Below, one piece after another: positions 26,991 through 40,314 of a DNA stretch of 64,000 nucleotides. How positions within the stretch are numbered: the first letter of the stretch is position 1; the number at the start of each line of letters is the position of its first letter. This stretch comes from the human T2T-CHM13v2.0 reference genome, Homo sapiens. A model generated the notes under the pieces. It was not told where the DNA came from and searched no databases. It saw nothing but the letters and a program-made list of their open reading frames with translations. The stretch is taken from the NCBI RefSeq assembly GCF_009914755.1, contig NC_060926.1; one strand, written 5' to 3'. The translations under genes and the position numbers were made by a program.

Positions 26991-27496
26991 AATTAAAACA
27001 CCTTTAAATATGAATCAATTTTCTGTTTACCTTTCTAGAAATACATTGGGCTTTTACAACTTCTATTAGATAAAACTTTCCCGTGATATGTAGTATCCCT
27101 AAATGCTCCAGAAACGTGTAAGATTGTTTGCTTTAGAATACACTTTATTGGTCAAATTTTTGAGAAATCGAGTCATAACAATGTTGTGGTTTCTCTCATT
27201 TTTCCAGCAATACCAACATTGGCCAGTATACGATGTTAACGTGTATGCTTAATGAGCCAGTGGCTTCATTTATATTACACTTGCATCATGCTTTTAAAGT
27301 GCCATATTGTTTAGTTAGTTAATTCAGAGGCAGGCATGGTTCTTTGCTATTTCTTGTTAATGACTCCCATTGCACCAATCTTTTTGGCTTCTCAATTATA
27401 TTATGAAATTGATTTTTTAAAGTTGTTTTAGATATTCATTGTATTTTCTATTATTGAATTTCTCCAACTAGTAGTATAAATGTGGGCCTTTACAAC

Positions 27497-27604
27497 TTTT
27501 CTTTTTTTTTTTTTGAGACACAGTCTCTGTCACCCAGGTTGGAGTGCAGTGGCGTGATCTTGGCTCACTGCAACCTCTACCTCCCGGTTCAAGCGATTCT
27601 CGTC
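27497..27604 (-). mobile_element. 5'-truncated Alu (3' ~90 nt)
   Basis: Poly-T then GAGACACAGTCTCTGTCACCCAGG...TTCAAGCGATTCTC; flanking repeat GTGGGCC(T/A)TTA. Confidence 0.9.
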
Positions 27605-27766
27605 GTGGGCCATTATATCTTACTAAGTCCCTACATGTTCTCTCTTTTTTCTAATTCCATAGTCTCTGTCCATGATTTCGTTACTTCTTGCCAGTTAAGT
27701 ACTTCTCTAATGGTTTCCTATTAGATCTCCCTGTTCCTATTCCATACCTCCTTCAGTCTCTCCTAA

Positions 27767-28143
<377 letters not shown>

Positions 28144-28789
28144 ACATAAAGACTTCTTTACCTTGATTTTGGTATCTTTCACTCTACGATTCTTACCTGC
28201 TCAAGAAAAAAAGAGGCTGAAAATGAGACTTCCCGGCATTCTTCAGATCACTGTCACTCTTCGCTCTCTGCCCTCCTCCGTGCTTTTGTTTGTGTTTTCT
28301 CTGTCAGTTTTCCCACTGCCTGTCTGCAGTTTGGGGCATACCAAAATGTCCCTATTTTTTCACATTTCAAAGTTCTTTTTTTTAACTTGTGTTTGAGTTT
28401 TCTCCCTCATGTGGTGTCTTATTTCCATCTTAGTTCTTATTCCCCTCTTAATCCCCTCACTGTGATGGGATTACTCATTGCAGCTTACACATTGTCTTGC
28501 ACAAAATAGATGCTAGGAAAACTTCTTGAATTGAATTAACTGGCCACTATTTTTATAATTAAAAAAGTAAAAGAATAACTAATTTTTTTCAGTTTTCCAA
28601 GTATGACCTCTATTTCATACCTATGTATCTTCTGAACTCAGAGTATAAATGTAAATATTACTTTTCAGCTAAATATAAATAAAAATACTACCTTTCAGCT
28701 ATACTAGGTGGTCTCTTCAAGCAAAAGCATGCAATGAAAGCTGTTGAAACTCCTTCAGATATACATTGGATCCAGGTTGCCCTGTGTCT

Positions 28790-28960
28790 ATAATATTGGT
28801 GATCACTATTTCGCACGCCATAGTGTCAGAAAGTGTGCTTTTCATTCCCTAGATCTTGTTTCTACAGCTACCCCCTACAAGGTAGCTTATTGCCTCTATT
28901 TTGCAAATAATAACTTTGATGCTCAGGAAGGTTGAGCAATTCCAGAAAGCTATAGAAACC
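28790..28960 (-). mobile_element. MIR fragment
   Basis: CTCTATTTTGCAAATAATAACTTTGATGCTCAGGAAGGTTGAGCAATT resembles the MIR core. Confidence 0.55.
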
Positions 28961-29494
28961 CAAGATAAAATGGCAGAATGTTTATTTTGTTTGTGCTATT
29001 CATAGTTCTGTTTTGGCTGTTGAATGCTCTCTGTCGGGAAGGCCTCCAAACACTGACTGTCTCAGGGAGCACTCATGCAGACTCTGCAGAGATCCCCTCT
29101 AAGACCTCCACACTGCATCTTTCTCTGATTTAGGCAAAGTTCATTCTGCTGACCTCTTGCAAACTCCCATCAGTTCCTGCCCCTGGCAGTATATCCCTGG
29201 TGTCTCCTTCCCTTGCATGGCCTCCCTGTTGGAAATGTTTTCTTCAAGCTACTGAAACCTAGCTTTGTTCTGTGGTGCACCCTCAGGTCTTCGAAAGCTG
29301 ACACATTCTTTTCCTGAGAGGCACAGGCTGTTCTCATTTGCTTCCTCACTCTGGCATTGTGGGCTGCTCCAGCAAGCCCCGCATTCTGAGGCTTCGTTGG
29401 GTGAGGAGCAGACACCAGTGTTTGTGCCTCTAAACTTCAGAGGACAGATGTTAATTTCTGCTGAGAATTTCCTTATGCAGTACTGGGTGCAGCT

Positions 29495-29682
29495 ATAAAG
29501 TTCTACAGCTCTGCCAAGGATTTATGTTAATAGAAGCCATCGCTTAACATCTTGGGTCTCAACTTAGCTTTAAAATAGGGAAGATAAAATCCACTTCATA
29601 AAGTGGTAAAGTTTGAATCAACTCACGTAAAGTACTTAGAACAGCATCAGAAACACGGTAAGCATTTAAAATGTATTATTAT
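29495..29682 (+). mobile_element. MIR fragment
   Basis: GCTTAACATCTTGGGTCTCA...TAAAATAGGGAAGATAA...GTAAAGTACTTAGAACAG. Confidence 0.6.
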
Positions 29683-30390
29683 GAGTGTTAGTGTTTGTCT
29701 GAGGTCTCTTGAGGGTCTCATTTGGACAGAAGGGGCAAGTACCTCCTTCCCGTTCACCTGCAAGATAGCATTCTCGATTACTACAAATTTCCTTCAAATA
29801 AATTTCCCCAGTAAAATGCTAGCCTTTGTTTTTATAATGTAAACTCCTGAGAATTGTGTTTGCTGGTTCAGTGTGGCTACCTTTTAACACATCCTCTAGG
29901 CTTGTACACAATTCCTCTCTAAAACAGGGGCCACTTACTGTCAATAACTCTCAAGACCTTTGAGGTCTTAGCTGAAACTCCAGAACACTGGGAAGGATTC
30001 TCTGCACATTGTTTTATAAGGAGAAACACAACTTCTCCTCTAGAGGAGCCCGAGCAGGAGTGACATGAGTTAGAGAGGCACTAGCATCTGTGCCAATTTT
30101 CCAGTAAAACTCTAATGGCAATGAGATGTTCACTCTTCTTATTTTCTGGATTACTTCCTTTCTCTAAATTTATGTTAATGTGTATATTTATGGAAATATG
30201 AAAGAATGGGGCCATTCTCTAAATAATGTATGCAAGGTTCTCAATGAAAATGAGATGTCTGTAAAAGTTTACTATTTGCCAATAAAACACGATATTGAAT
30301 CAAGTAATGAATATGTTAACTAATCACAAGGAAATCATTAATTTTATTGTGTTTTACTATTGAGCAATATTGGAAAAATATTTGAGCTGG

Positions 30391-30885
30391 CATGGAAGGC
30401 AGAATTATAGAGCCCCAGAGATGTTCACACCTCCATCCCTGAAACTAGTGAACATGTTACCTTATGTAAAGAAAGGAATTTTGCAGATAGAGTAAGATTA
30501 TGGCCTCAAGATAGGTAGGGGAGCCGGATAATCCAGGTGAACCCAATAAAATAACATGAGCTCTTAAACAAGACCTTTCCCAGCTGAGGTTAGGATCAGA
30601 AGTTGTGACGATGAAAGAGTGGTCAGAGAGATGCAGTGGTGCTGGCTTTGAAGATGAAGGAGGGCCATGAGCCAAGGAATGTGGGTGGCATCTAGAGATT
30701 GGAAAGGGCAAATAAGCGGACTGTCCCCTAGAATTTCCAGAAAGATATGCAGCCCTGCTGATACTGTCTTTGTATCCCAGTGAGACCCATGTGGGACTTC
30801 TAACTTACAGAACTATAAGAAAATAAGTTTTCATTAAGTCAAGTTTGTGGTAATTTGTTATATTAGCAATATAAAAGTTATCCAG
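30391..30885 (+). mobile_element. MLT1D MaLR LTR
   Basis: GGCAGAAT...GAACATGTTACCTTATG...GCTGGCTTTGAAGATGAAGGAGGGCCATGAGCCAAGGAATGTGGGTGGC...AGTTTGTGGTAATTTGTTA. Confidence 0.85.
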
Positions 30886-31283
30886 TACCCAAGGCCATGG
30901 GAACTCACCTCTTGCATCACTATGACCTGAATGTGAGACATGGAGTCAAAGGAGATCATTTTTTGGACTTTAAGGTTTAATGACTGCCCTATTGGATTTT
31001 GAACTTGTGTGGGGCCTGTAGCCCCTTTGTTTTGGCCAATTTCTCCCATTTGGAATGGCTGTATTTACCCAATGCTTGTATCCCCATTGTATCTAGGAAG
31101 TAACTAACTGGCTTTTGATTTTACAGGCTCCTAGGTAGAAGACTTGCTTGTCTCAGATAAGACTTTGTGTTTGGACTTTTGGGTTAATGCTGGAATGCAT
31201 TAAGACTTTGAGAGATTGTTGGAAGGACATGATTGTATTTTGAAATGTGAGGACATGAGATTTGGGAGAGGCCAGTGCTGGAA
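30886..31283 (+). mobile_element. THE1 internal sequence, 3' portion
   Basis: GAGACATGGAGTCAAAGGAGATCATTTT...GTATCTAGGAAGTAACTAAC...GGACATGAGATTTGGGAGAGGCCAG (polypurine-tract region) directly before a THE1 LTR. Confidence 0.88.
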
Positions 31284-31642
31284 TGATATGGTTTGCCTGT
31301 GTCCCCGCCCAAATCTCATCTTGAATTTTAGTTCCCATAATCCCTACGTGTTGTGGCAGGGACCAGGTGGAAATAATTGAACCATGAGGGCGGTTTCCCC
31401 CATCCTGTTCTCATGATAGTGATTAGTTCTCAGGAGATCCGATGGCTTTTAAGGGGCTTCCCCTTTCACCGGGAACTCATGCTTCTCTTACCTGCTGCCA
31501 TTCAAGACGTGACTTTGTTTCTCCTTGACCTTCCACCATGATTGTGAGGCCTCCCCAGCCATGTGGAACTGTGAGTCCGTTAAAACCCTTTTTCTTTATA
31601 AATTACCCAGTCTTGGGTATGTCTTTGTTAGCAGCCCGAGAG
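31284..31642 (+). mobile_element. THE1 (C/D-like) LTR lacking the terminal ~15 nt
   Basis: TGATATGGTTTGCCTGTGTCCCCGCCCAAATCTCATCTTGAATT...GGCCTCCCCAGCCATGTGGAACTGTGAGTCC...ATAAATTACCCAGTCTTGGGTATGTCTTT. Confidence 0.9.
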
Positions 31643-31649
31643 CATCCAG

Positions 31650-32490
31650 CTTTTGATGCCCAGAAGCAAGGTACTGCTGTGGAAAATTCCAAAATCAGGG
31701 AGGTAAATTTGCTATTGGCCAATGGGCAAAGGCTGAAAGAATTTTGAGTAGAATAATAAAAACAGCTTAGATTGTCTTAAACAGACTGTTCGCAGAAAGA
31801 GGCACTGTAATGATTCTGATAGTGAGGACTCAGAAGGAAGTGAGGAGCATGTAGAGAAAACCTAATTCATATTAAAGAATACCAAAATCATCATTAATAG
31901 ATGACTGGTAGAAATATAGACATTAAAATCACTGTTGCTGAGAGCTCAGGAGGAAAAGAAGAAACATGTAAGTGGAAACTGGAGGAGAGGGAATCATTGC
32001 CACATACATGGCAGAAAGCTTAGTGGGGTTATGTCCTGTAATTGTGCAGTAAACAGAACTTTTAAATGATGAAATCGGACCGTTAGTGGAGGTGATTTCC
32101 AAGCATAGTGTTGAAGGTGGAAACAGTTTTTTGTTTTTGTTTTCTGCTTACAGTAAAATGTGAGAAGAAAGTGATAAATTAGGGAAGAGCTATAAAATAA
32201 AATTGGTCCAGGAGTTTATAATTTGAGGAATTCTCAGCCTATCTAGAGTGTTCAGTCATAAGCGTCAGGCTCTTAGAAGAGGTTAATTTTGTGAGTAAAA
32301 AATCCTCTTAATGAGACCAGAGAACATCTAGGAAACTTAAGGATATTGCAATCCAGCCTTCTCAGCTGAAGCCAAAACTAGAAACTAGAGAGATCTGGGA
32401 ATGAGCCTCTTATATAAATGGAGTGAATTCCGTATCATACACAGAAAACCCACAAGATGGTTCAGAAACTTATATCGGCAGAAACATTAA
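31650..32490 (+). mobile_element. MLT1 internal sequence, 5' portion (continuation of the MLT1D)
   Basis: GGTACTGCTGT...GGGCAAAGGCTGAAAGAATTTTGAG...GTGAGGACTCAGAAGGAAGTGAGGAGCATG...GGAAACTGGAGGAGAGGG typical of MLT1-int. Confidence 0.7.
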
Positions 32491-32491
32491 C

Positions 32492-33660
32492 TAACAGAGT
32501 CTAATTGACATGTATAGAACACTCTGGCCAATAGCTGCGTATTATTTTCCAGTGCTCAACAAATGTTCACCAAGACAGACAATGTCCAAATTTCTGTTAA
32601 CTTGTCTGACAATTTTTAAACAAGCATGTTGAGAACTCTGACTGTGGCTTTGCTCATTTTTCCTTGAACTTCTATAAGCTTTTACTTCATGTATTTTGAA
32701 GCCCTGGTATCAGTCATACAAACATTTAAAAGTTTTATATTCTCCAGATGATATGACTTCTTTTTCATTAGGAAATGACTTTATTTATGCAAAGTAATAG
32801 TGTTGGTTCAGAAGTCTTCTTTGTCTGATGTCATATAGCCACACCAGCTTCTTTTGAATGGTATTTTCATGATATAGCTTGTATTCGTCATTTTAATGTT
32901 AGTCTATTTTCCTTTATATCTAAAATGTGTTTTCCTTTTCTGTGTTGTGGCCTGGAAGCTTTTGATCAGGTGGGAAACTGAGGCAATCCTAGGGCTCATC
33001 CTCCTTGCTTCTCCTCTCTCAATGATCACTGTCCTCCATTGCTTGATGTCTAATATCTTAAAACAATTGCTTCACATATGTTGTCCAGTATTTTTAAGTT
33101 CTTTTCAATAATAAGAGTAAATTAGATCCTTATTATTACATTCTAACCAGAAATTAAATATGATTGCTCATATGCCACATCAATTCATTTCCTGGGCATC
33201 TGATCACGTGAAGTTAAAACTGTGGTCACAGGTGGACCTATACGCAAATGTTTATAGCAGCTTTATTTGTGAACATCACATTTTGGAAATGTCTTTCAAC
33301 TAGGAAATACATAAAGAAAGTATAGTACATTCATAAAATACTATTCAGTAATAAAAAACAACCACATGGATAAATCTCACATGCAATGTATTGAGTAAAA
33401 GATATTTTTATGAGACTAACACAGAAGGCTACATATTATGTAATTCATATTACACCTTGAAAAAGAAAAAACCTAGAGACAAAGCATTTCAGTAGTTGCC
33501 TGGGTCTGGGAGTAAGTAAGGCATTTCACTGTAGACTAGTATTGGGTAACTCTTTGGGGCATTGGAACAAATATATATCTTGATTATATTACTATATTAA
33601 TTTGTCAAAACTCATAGAGCAATATACACCAAAAAATCATACCACAGTCTAAAAAATGGA
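32492..33660. mobile_element. Cluster of old L1M fragments in alternating orientation
   Basis: Sense EN-region piece (~32492-32585), antisense ORF2 and 5'-region pieces (~32590-33155), sense 3' end (~33165-33660; CAAATGTTTATAGCAGCTTTATTTGT, ACATGGATAAATCTCA). Confidence 0.65.
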
Positions 33661-33870
33661 TAAAAAGCATTATGACAAACACTGTAAAATAGATATAAAG
33701 AGTAAAACAGAAATTCTAAGCAAGACAAATTAAAAAACACAATCAGCATTGTATTAGAGGCCATGAAGTCAGTGAGAACCCAAAGAAGAAATTGTGATGT
33801 TATTAGAGATATATGATCAATTTTCATATGCTCTACCTCCTGCCCCTGAAATTAAAAAAAAAACATTTAT

Positions 33871-34165
33871 GGCAGGGTGTGGTGGCTCACGCCTGTAATC
33901 CCAACACTTTGGGAAGTCAAAGCAGGTAGATCACTTAAGGTCAGGAGTTTGAGACTGGTCTGGCCAACATGGTGAAAACCTGACTCTACTAAAAATAAAA
34001 AATTAACCAGTCTTGGTGGTATGCACCTGTAATCTCAGCTACTCAGGAGGCTGAGGCAGGAGAAGCACTTGAACCTGGGAGGTGGATGTTGCAGTGAGTC
34101 AAGATCGTGCCACTGGACTCTAGCCTGGGTGACAGAGAGAGACTGTCTAAAAAAACAAACAAAAA
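33871..34165 (+). mobile_element. Alu (AluSz/Sx-like)
   Basis: Full dimer GGCAGGGTGTGGTGGCTCACGCCTGTAATCCC... with A-rich tail. Confidence 0.95.
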
Positions 34166-34214
34166 CTATGAGTTTATTCACTTTTAATGGTAAATTATTT
34201 CAAACATAAATGAA

Positions 34215-34372
34215 ACACAAATACCTAAAGCTGGGTAATTTATAAAGAAAGAGGTTGAATTTGGCTCACAGTTCCACAGGCTGTACAGGAAGCATGGTTG
34301 GGGAAACCTCAGGAAGCAGGATCATGGCGGAAGGCAAAGGGAAAGCCGGCACATCACTCATGGAAGGGGCAG
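34215..34372 (-). mobile_element. MST LTR fragment
   Basis: CTGGGTAATTTATAAAGAAAGAGG...GGCTCACAGTTCCACAGGCTGTACAGGAAGCATGG. Confidence 0.85.
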
Positions 34373-35158
34373 TTCAATTGAGGTTTTAGATGTTCCAAAA
34401 TAACAAAATGTTTGGAGCATTAAAATGTCTTTTGCTAAGTATTCCAGGCACTATTATGCTTTAAATTTAGTCCTTAAAACGACCTTAGTAAGTAGGGGTG
34501 CAGTAGATGTAAACATCTTACAGATGAAAAGAGGCTAAACAACATTGGTTACACATCAAATAAGTGAATGGAAGAAAAATAATTGGAAAATAACTTATTC
34601 TAGAAAGAACACATATGACAGCAAAACAAGAAAAATATCATTTAAGAAAATAATAGACAAATTTTATTTATGAATATGAATCAATAATTTGAAAACACTA
34701 CCAAATATAATTCAAGAGTACACAGATACAATAACTAAGACCAGTTATGTAGACATGAAGAATGTGAAAAACATGACTATAAGAAATATAGTTTCATCAA
34801 TATAATACATATAATACGCCAATAAGTCAATTAAGAATAGTTGAATGCTTATAGGTATTGAGAAGGATTTCCATGGAGTTCAAAACTCATTGCTTATCTT
34901 ATTAGTAAATGAAAGTATTCTTTATTAAGATAAAACATATCTATTTCAAAGTGATACTTAATTGTGCATAACCTTGATGTGATTGGGGAGAACAAACTCA
35001 GAATCAGGTTGCATAAGTAACCATTGTTACTTAACTTTGATCTGGAAATGCTGGCCAGTTTTTCAAAGGCTTTAAAAATGTCCTTACCTATTGACTCACT
35101 TACTGTACTTCCAGAAGGAAGTTTATCCAAAGGAAAGTATCCCAAATTAAGAAACAAA

Positions 35159-35786
35159 AGGAATGCTTTTACACTGTTGGTGGGAGTGTAAATTAGTTCA
35201 ACCATTGTGGAAGACAGTGTGGCAATTCCTCAAGGATCTAGAACCAGAAATACCATTTGACCCAGCAATCCCATTACTGGGTATATACCCAAAGGATTAT
35301 AAATCATTCTACTATAGATACATGCACACATATGTTTATTGCAGCACTATTTACAATAGCAAAGACTTGAAGCCAACACAAATACCTATCAATGATTCAC
35401 TGGATAAAGAAAATGTGGCACATATACACCATGGAATACTATGCAGCCATAAAAAATAAGTTCATGTCCTTTGCAGGGACATGGATGAAGCTGGAAACCA
35501 TTATTCTCAGCAAAGTAACAGAAGAACAGAAAATCAAACACCACATGTTCTCACTCATAAGTGGGAGCTGAACAATGAGAACACATTGACACAGGGAGGG
35601 GAACATCACACACTGGGGCCTGTCTGGGGGTGAGGGGCAATGGGAGGGAGAGCATCAGGACAAATACCTAATGCATGTGGGGCTTAAAACTTAGATGATG
35701 GGTTGATAAGTGCAGCAAACCACCATGGCACATGTATACCTATGTAACAAACCTGCACGTTCTGTACATGTAACCCAGAACTTAAA

Positions 35787-35847
<61 letters not shown>

Positions 35848-35849
35848 AA
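35159..35849 (+). mobile_element. 5'-truncated L1PA7/8-like element with 85-bp flanking direct repeat
   Basis: ORF 35163-35459 is the ORF2 C-terminus (HCWWECKLVQPLWKTVWQFLKDLEPEIPFDPAIPLLGIYP); 3' UTR GCATGTGGGGCTTAAAAC; tail is largely (TA)n. Confidence 0.95.
35789..35842. repeat. Pure (TA)n microsatellite in the L1 tail
   Basis: About 26 uninterrupted TA units. Confidence 0.95.
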
Positions 35850-36824
35850 AAAAATGCCATTACCTGTTGATTCACTTATTGCACTTCCAGAAGGAAGCTT
35901 ATCCAAAGGAAATTATCTCAAATTAAGAAATAAAGTTGAGCAAGCCGTCAGCATTAAAGTCTCTTATCACTCTGATCCCAGTCCACTTTGCATATTGCAT
36001 TCAAATTATTTGTTTTAATGGTTGTCTCCCTACTGGTGGCGAGCTCAGTAAGGGTAAGAATCATTACCTATATATCGCCAGTGAAAGTGGTCACCTATCA
36101 CACTTTTTGACATAAGTATTGGGCAAAAACATAAATGTTAAACAATGCAATATTATTTATGCATAATAATGCATAATAACCCTGAACATGACTAAATTAT
36201 CCAAATATTGGAAACATTATATAAACTACAGTGCATCTATTTTTTTTAAATATTGAGGCTGTTAAAATTACATTTACAACAAATTACTAGTTGATAAAAT
36301 GTACTAAATAGGCATGTGATATATGTGATATGTTTGTAACTGAAAACTGGGTGAAAAGACATGGAAATGTTAATGGTGGTTGCAATTGTTTGTTGTAATA
36401 GGGTACCTTATTTTTTCTAATTCTCTATGCTTTCTAACTATACTTTAATGAAGATATTTGCATTGTTTAGATAGGGAAAGAATAAACATTCTAAAATAAA
36501 AATAGCAATTTATGTCTCTTCTTATTTGCTCTTTAAATACTGCATATGACAAACAGATTAAAGAAACAGTTTCTCTCTACAATTAAAACACAACATTGTT
36601 AGTATATGTGAATGTCTAAGACATGGGTAATTTGCTGCATTAACTAAAAGAAATTTAACATATGGTGTAATTTTGAGACTATAACAAAAAATATGAAATA
36701 TTGGTAGAATAAAGAAGTTGATTATATACATGTAAAAAAGCAATGGACATATAACTATTAATTTATAAAATGAATAAAAGATATGCATATTAAAATATGT
36801 GAATAGAATACTTAGATTTATAGC

Positions 36825-37208
36825 TGATATGGTTTGGATTTGTGTGCCCACCCAAATCTCATGTTGAATTCTAATCCCCAATGTTGGAGGTAGGGCCTGG
36901 TAGGAGATGATTGGATCATGGGGGCCGATTTCCCCCTTGCTGTTATTGTGACAGTGAGTGGGTTCTTACAAGATCTGGTTGTTTAAAAGTGTGTGGCCCC
37001 TCCCCCTTCTCTCTGTTCCTCCTGCTCTTGCCATGTAAGATGCACCTGCTTCCCCTTCGCCTTCTGTCATGATTCTAAGTTTCCTGAGGCCTCCCCAACC
37101 ATGCTTCCTGTACAGCCTGTGGAACCATGAGCCAATCAAACCTCTTTTCTTTATAAATTACCCAGTTTCAAGTATTTATTTATAGCAGTGGGAGAACGGA
37201 CTAATACT
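36825..37208 (+). mobile_element. MSTA-like solo LTR
   Basis: TGATATGGTTTGGATTTGTGTGCCCACCCAAATCTCATGTTGAATT...GAGAACGGACTAATAC. Confidence 0.92.
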
Positions 37209-37299
37209 CTGTATTTAGGTCCATGATTCTCGTTTTTATTTTGATATAATCTTGGTCTCTCATTGAATCTGAAGTAAATACAGATAGTTTATTTATGAC

Positions 37300-37592
37300 T
37301 TTTTTTTTTTTTTGAGATGGAGTCTCACTCTGTCACCCAGGCTGGAGTGCAGTGGTGCAATCTCGGCTCACTGCAACCTCCGTCTCCTGGGTTTAAGCAA
37401 TTCTCTGCCTCAGCCTCCCGAGTAGCTGGGAATAAAGGTGCATGCCATCATGCCCAGCTAACTTTTGTATTTTTAGTAGAGATGGGATTTCACCATCTTG
37501 GCCAGGCTGGTCCTGAACCCCTGACCTCTTGATCCACCTGCCTTGGCCTCCCAAAGTGCTGGGATTACAGGCATAAGCCGCCATGCCCGGCC
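37300..37592 (-). mobile_element. Alu (AluSg group, possibly AluSg7)
   Basis: Full antisense dimer with GCAATTCTCTGCC and CACCATCTTGGCC; TSD TATTTATGACTTTTTT at a TTTT/AA site. Confidence 0.95.
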
Positions 37593-39039
37593 TATTTATG
37601 ACTTTTTTAAGGTATACTACATGCACATTTTGTAGAATCTTTTCCACAGGGTTTCTATAAAGCAGATTTCTATTTGTGAAATTCCAAGTTCACATATGAC
37701 CTTGCTAAAAATTTAAGATGTGCTCTTTTAGAAGAAAAAATAGAAATTTCTAATATGCTACCAAATTAAAATATTATTGCAAAGTACAGTGGTTATTTAA
37801 TATTTGATATAGTAGCTTGTGGGAGTTGAAAGCTAAATAACAGCTAACTAAATAGATCTTGTCTTATGGAAAAATTTAGGTTCTATTAGTTTCCTTTTCC
37901 TTCTTGGACTTCCCTGAAAAATTCTAGCTTTGTGTTAGTGATGCATTTTTGCAAGTTGAATGGAAAGGAGCAGTAATGGAAAAAATAACTAAGGCAATCA
38001 TTTAAATTATGAAAATTAATGACGTGTAAGGGGTAGCCTTGCAGTTGTCTGTCTCATATGCCTGTTTTCATTACCTAAAGCTCTGTAATAAGGGGCAGCT
38101 CTGCACCATTTTGCGCTTTCCATAAAGTACCTGCAGCCATGAGGGCAAGTGCAATTCCAGTAGGGTGGAGCAGAGGAGAAAGGAACCTGGGTGTCTGCAG
38201 AGTGGAGCGGTGCAGAAGCCCTGGGTTCCAGACACCTGTGCTCTTTCACAGGTGAAAGAGAAGCTAAAGTCTATCTAGCTTAATCAGCATTAGAGAATTT
38301 GGTACTAAGAAATGCACTGAACCTAAGAAGTAACAGTTTGCACAGAGGAGGAGGTACGGTTTTGTACTCATGATGCCATTAACTAAAAGCCAATAAAATG
38401 GAATCTCACCACATTTTCAGAAAAATCTACCACCATGTAAAACCAAAGTCTGGCTTTTAACAGCCTTGAAACCTGGAATCCTGGGATCTATACTCATAAG
38501 ACATATCGCAATGCTCACAGCCCTTCTAAGGAGCAGAATCGGGGGGCATTAAGGGTGTGGCTGTGGTAGTTCCAGGAACAAGTGACTGCTGGGTGTCCCG
38601 TCCTCCCCTCTGAAAATGTGAGTTTCATCGCCCTCATCCTTATCCTTCTCCACCAATGTACATTGGATGTATTGGGGGTAAAGAATTTGTCTTTGGGGCT
38701 AGGCAGCTCAGAGCTGCATATGAGCTTAGCCTTCCACCAAGTGCTGTGTATGTTCAAACAATAATATTCCATAAAGTATAGCACGTCAGAAATGTCCTAA
38801 CAGCTCCCCCGAGTTATCTTTCAGGAAATGAACAGTAAGGTGTATTTCACTTTTGAAGTGCAATATTTAAATACTGATTTGAAAATGTTGTAGCAGTAAA
38901 TATCCTGGCACATTCCTGGGCATGCTATTTAAGAAACAGCATTAGCAGCAGCGATGGTAATGGCAATGAACCATGCGCTGTGAGAGCCAGCTGTGTACCT
39001 TGGACTCCATTAAGAACTGGATACCCTAAATGACATGAC

Positions 39040-39125
39040 AGCCATTTTAGGGATGAGAGAACCGGGGCTCAGGAAAAGGTTGAATATCCTGTCCTAGCTA
39101 CTACAGCTATTAAGTGACATACAAG
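39040..39125 (-). mobile_element. MIR core fragment
   Basis: CCATTTTAGGGATGAGAGAACCGGGGCTCAGGAAAAGGTTGAA. Confidence 0.55.
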
Positions 39126-39959
39126 AAATGCAGCCCCATCTCCTAGGCGCTGAAGATTCAGCACTATGCACGCAACAACAAAATTGTCAAGCTTTATAAA
39201 TATAGCAACGGGAGAGACGTAAGTCTTAGGTTGATCTAAATGTGCTTTGAAATGTGAGGAACAGGAAAAAGTGTTACATTTTCCACAGCCTTAATGGCAC
39301 AGAATTTTCACTGTATCTGTGAGGGGATTGATTCTGGCTGGATGGGATCATCCTGTTTTATCAGAGTACTCACAATGTTAGACATTTTACAGAATACAGA
39401 GCTCACAAAGGCTGTGCATTTTTATGAGCTTATATTGTTTTGGAAATAACACAAACCTAGGTCATTAACTCCTAATGGCTATTTTAAAACACAGCTCTCC
39501 TAATTGTTCAGTAATAGGCAGTTGGTTAAATGAATTATATGTGTTTTGCAATGTGTGGCCATTAAAAAGTTCATTTCATGAGAATATTCTCTAACATTAA
39601 AAATCACTTATGATCAATTGTAAGATAAAACATTGAAGTCATTATATAACAGGCTTATTTTCCTCTTTTCACTTAAAAACATGAAAATAAATATGTAGAT
39701 GGATAAAAAACAAAAAGGTTAATGGTGACTCAGGTTGGACGAATTTATATGATGTTTAATTTTTTTATTCAATTTGCTTCATTTTCTGGTATTTCTACTG
39801 AGAACATATATTTATAATGAGATTATTTATTTATTGAGAAATTGTTATTGGTTTTCAAAAATAATACATGATCTTTGAAAAGTATTAAAATCATAAGAAA
39901 AAGATAAAAAAAGGGAAAAAATATCCCAAATTACATTACCTAGAAGAAAATATCTATAC

Positions 39960-40314
<355 letters not shown>

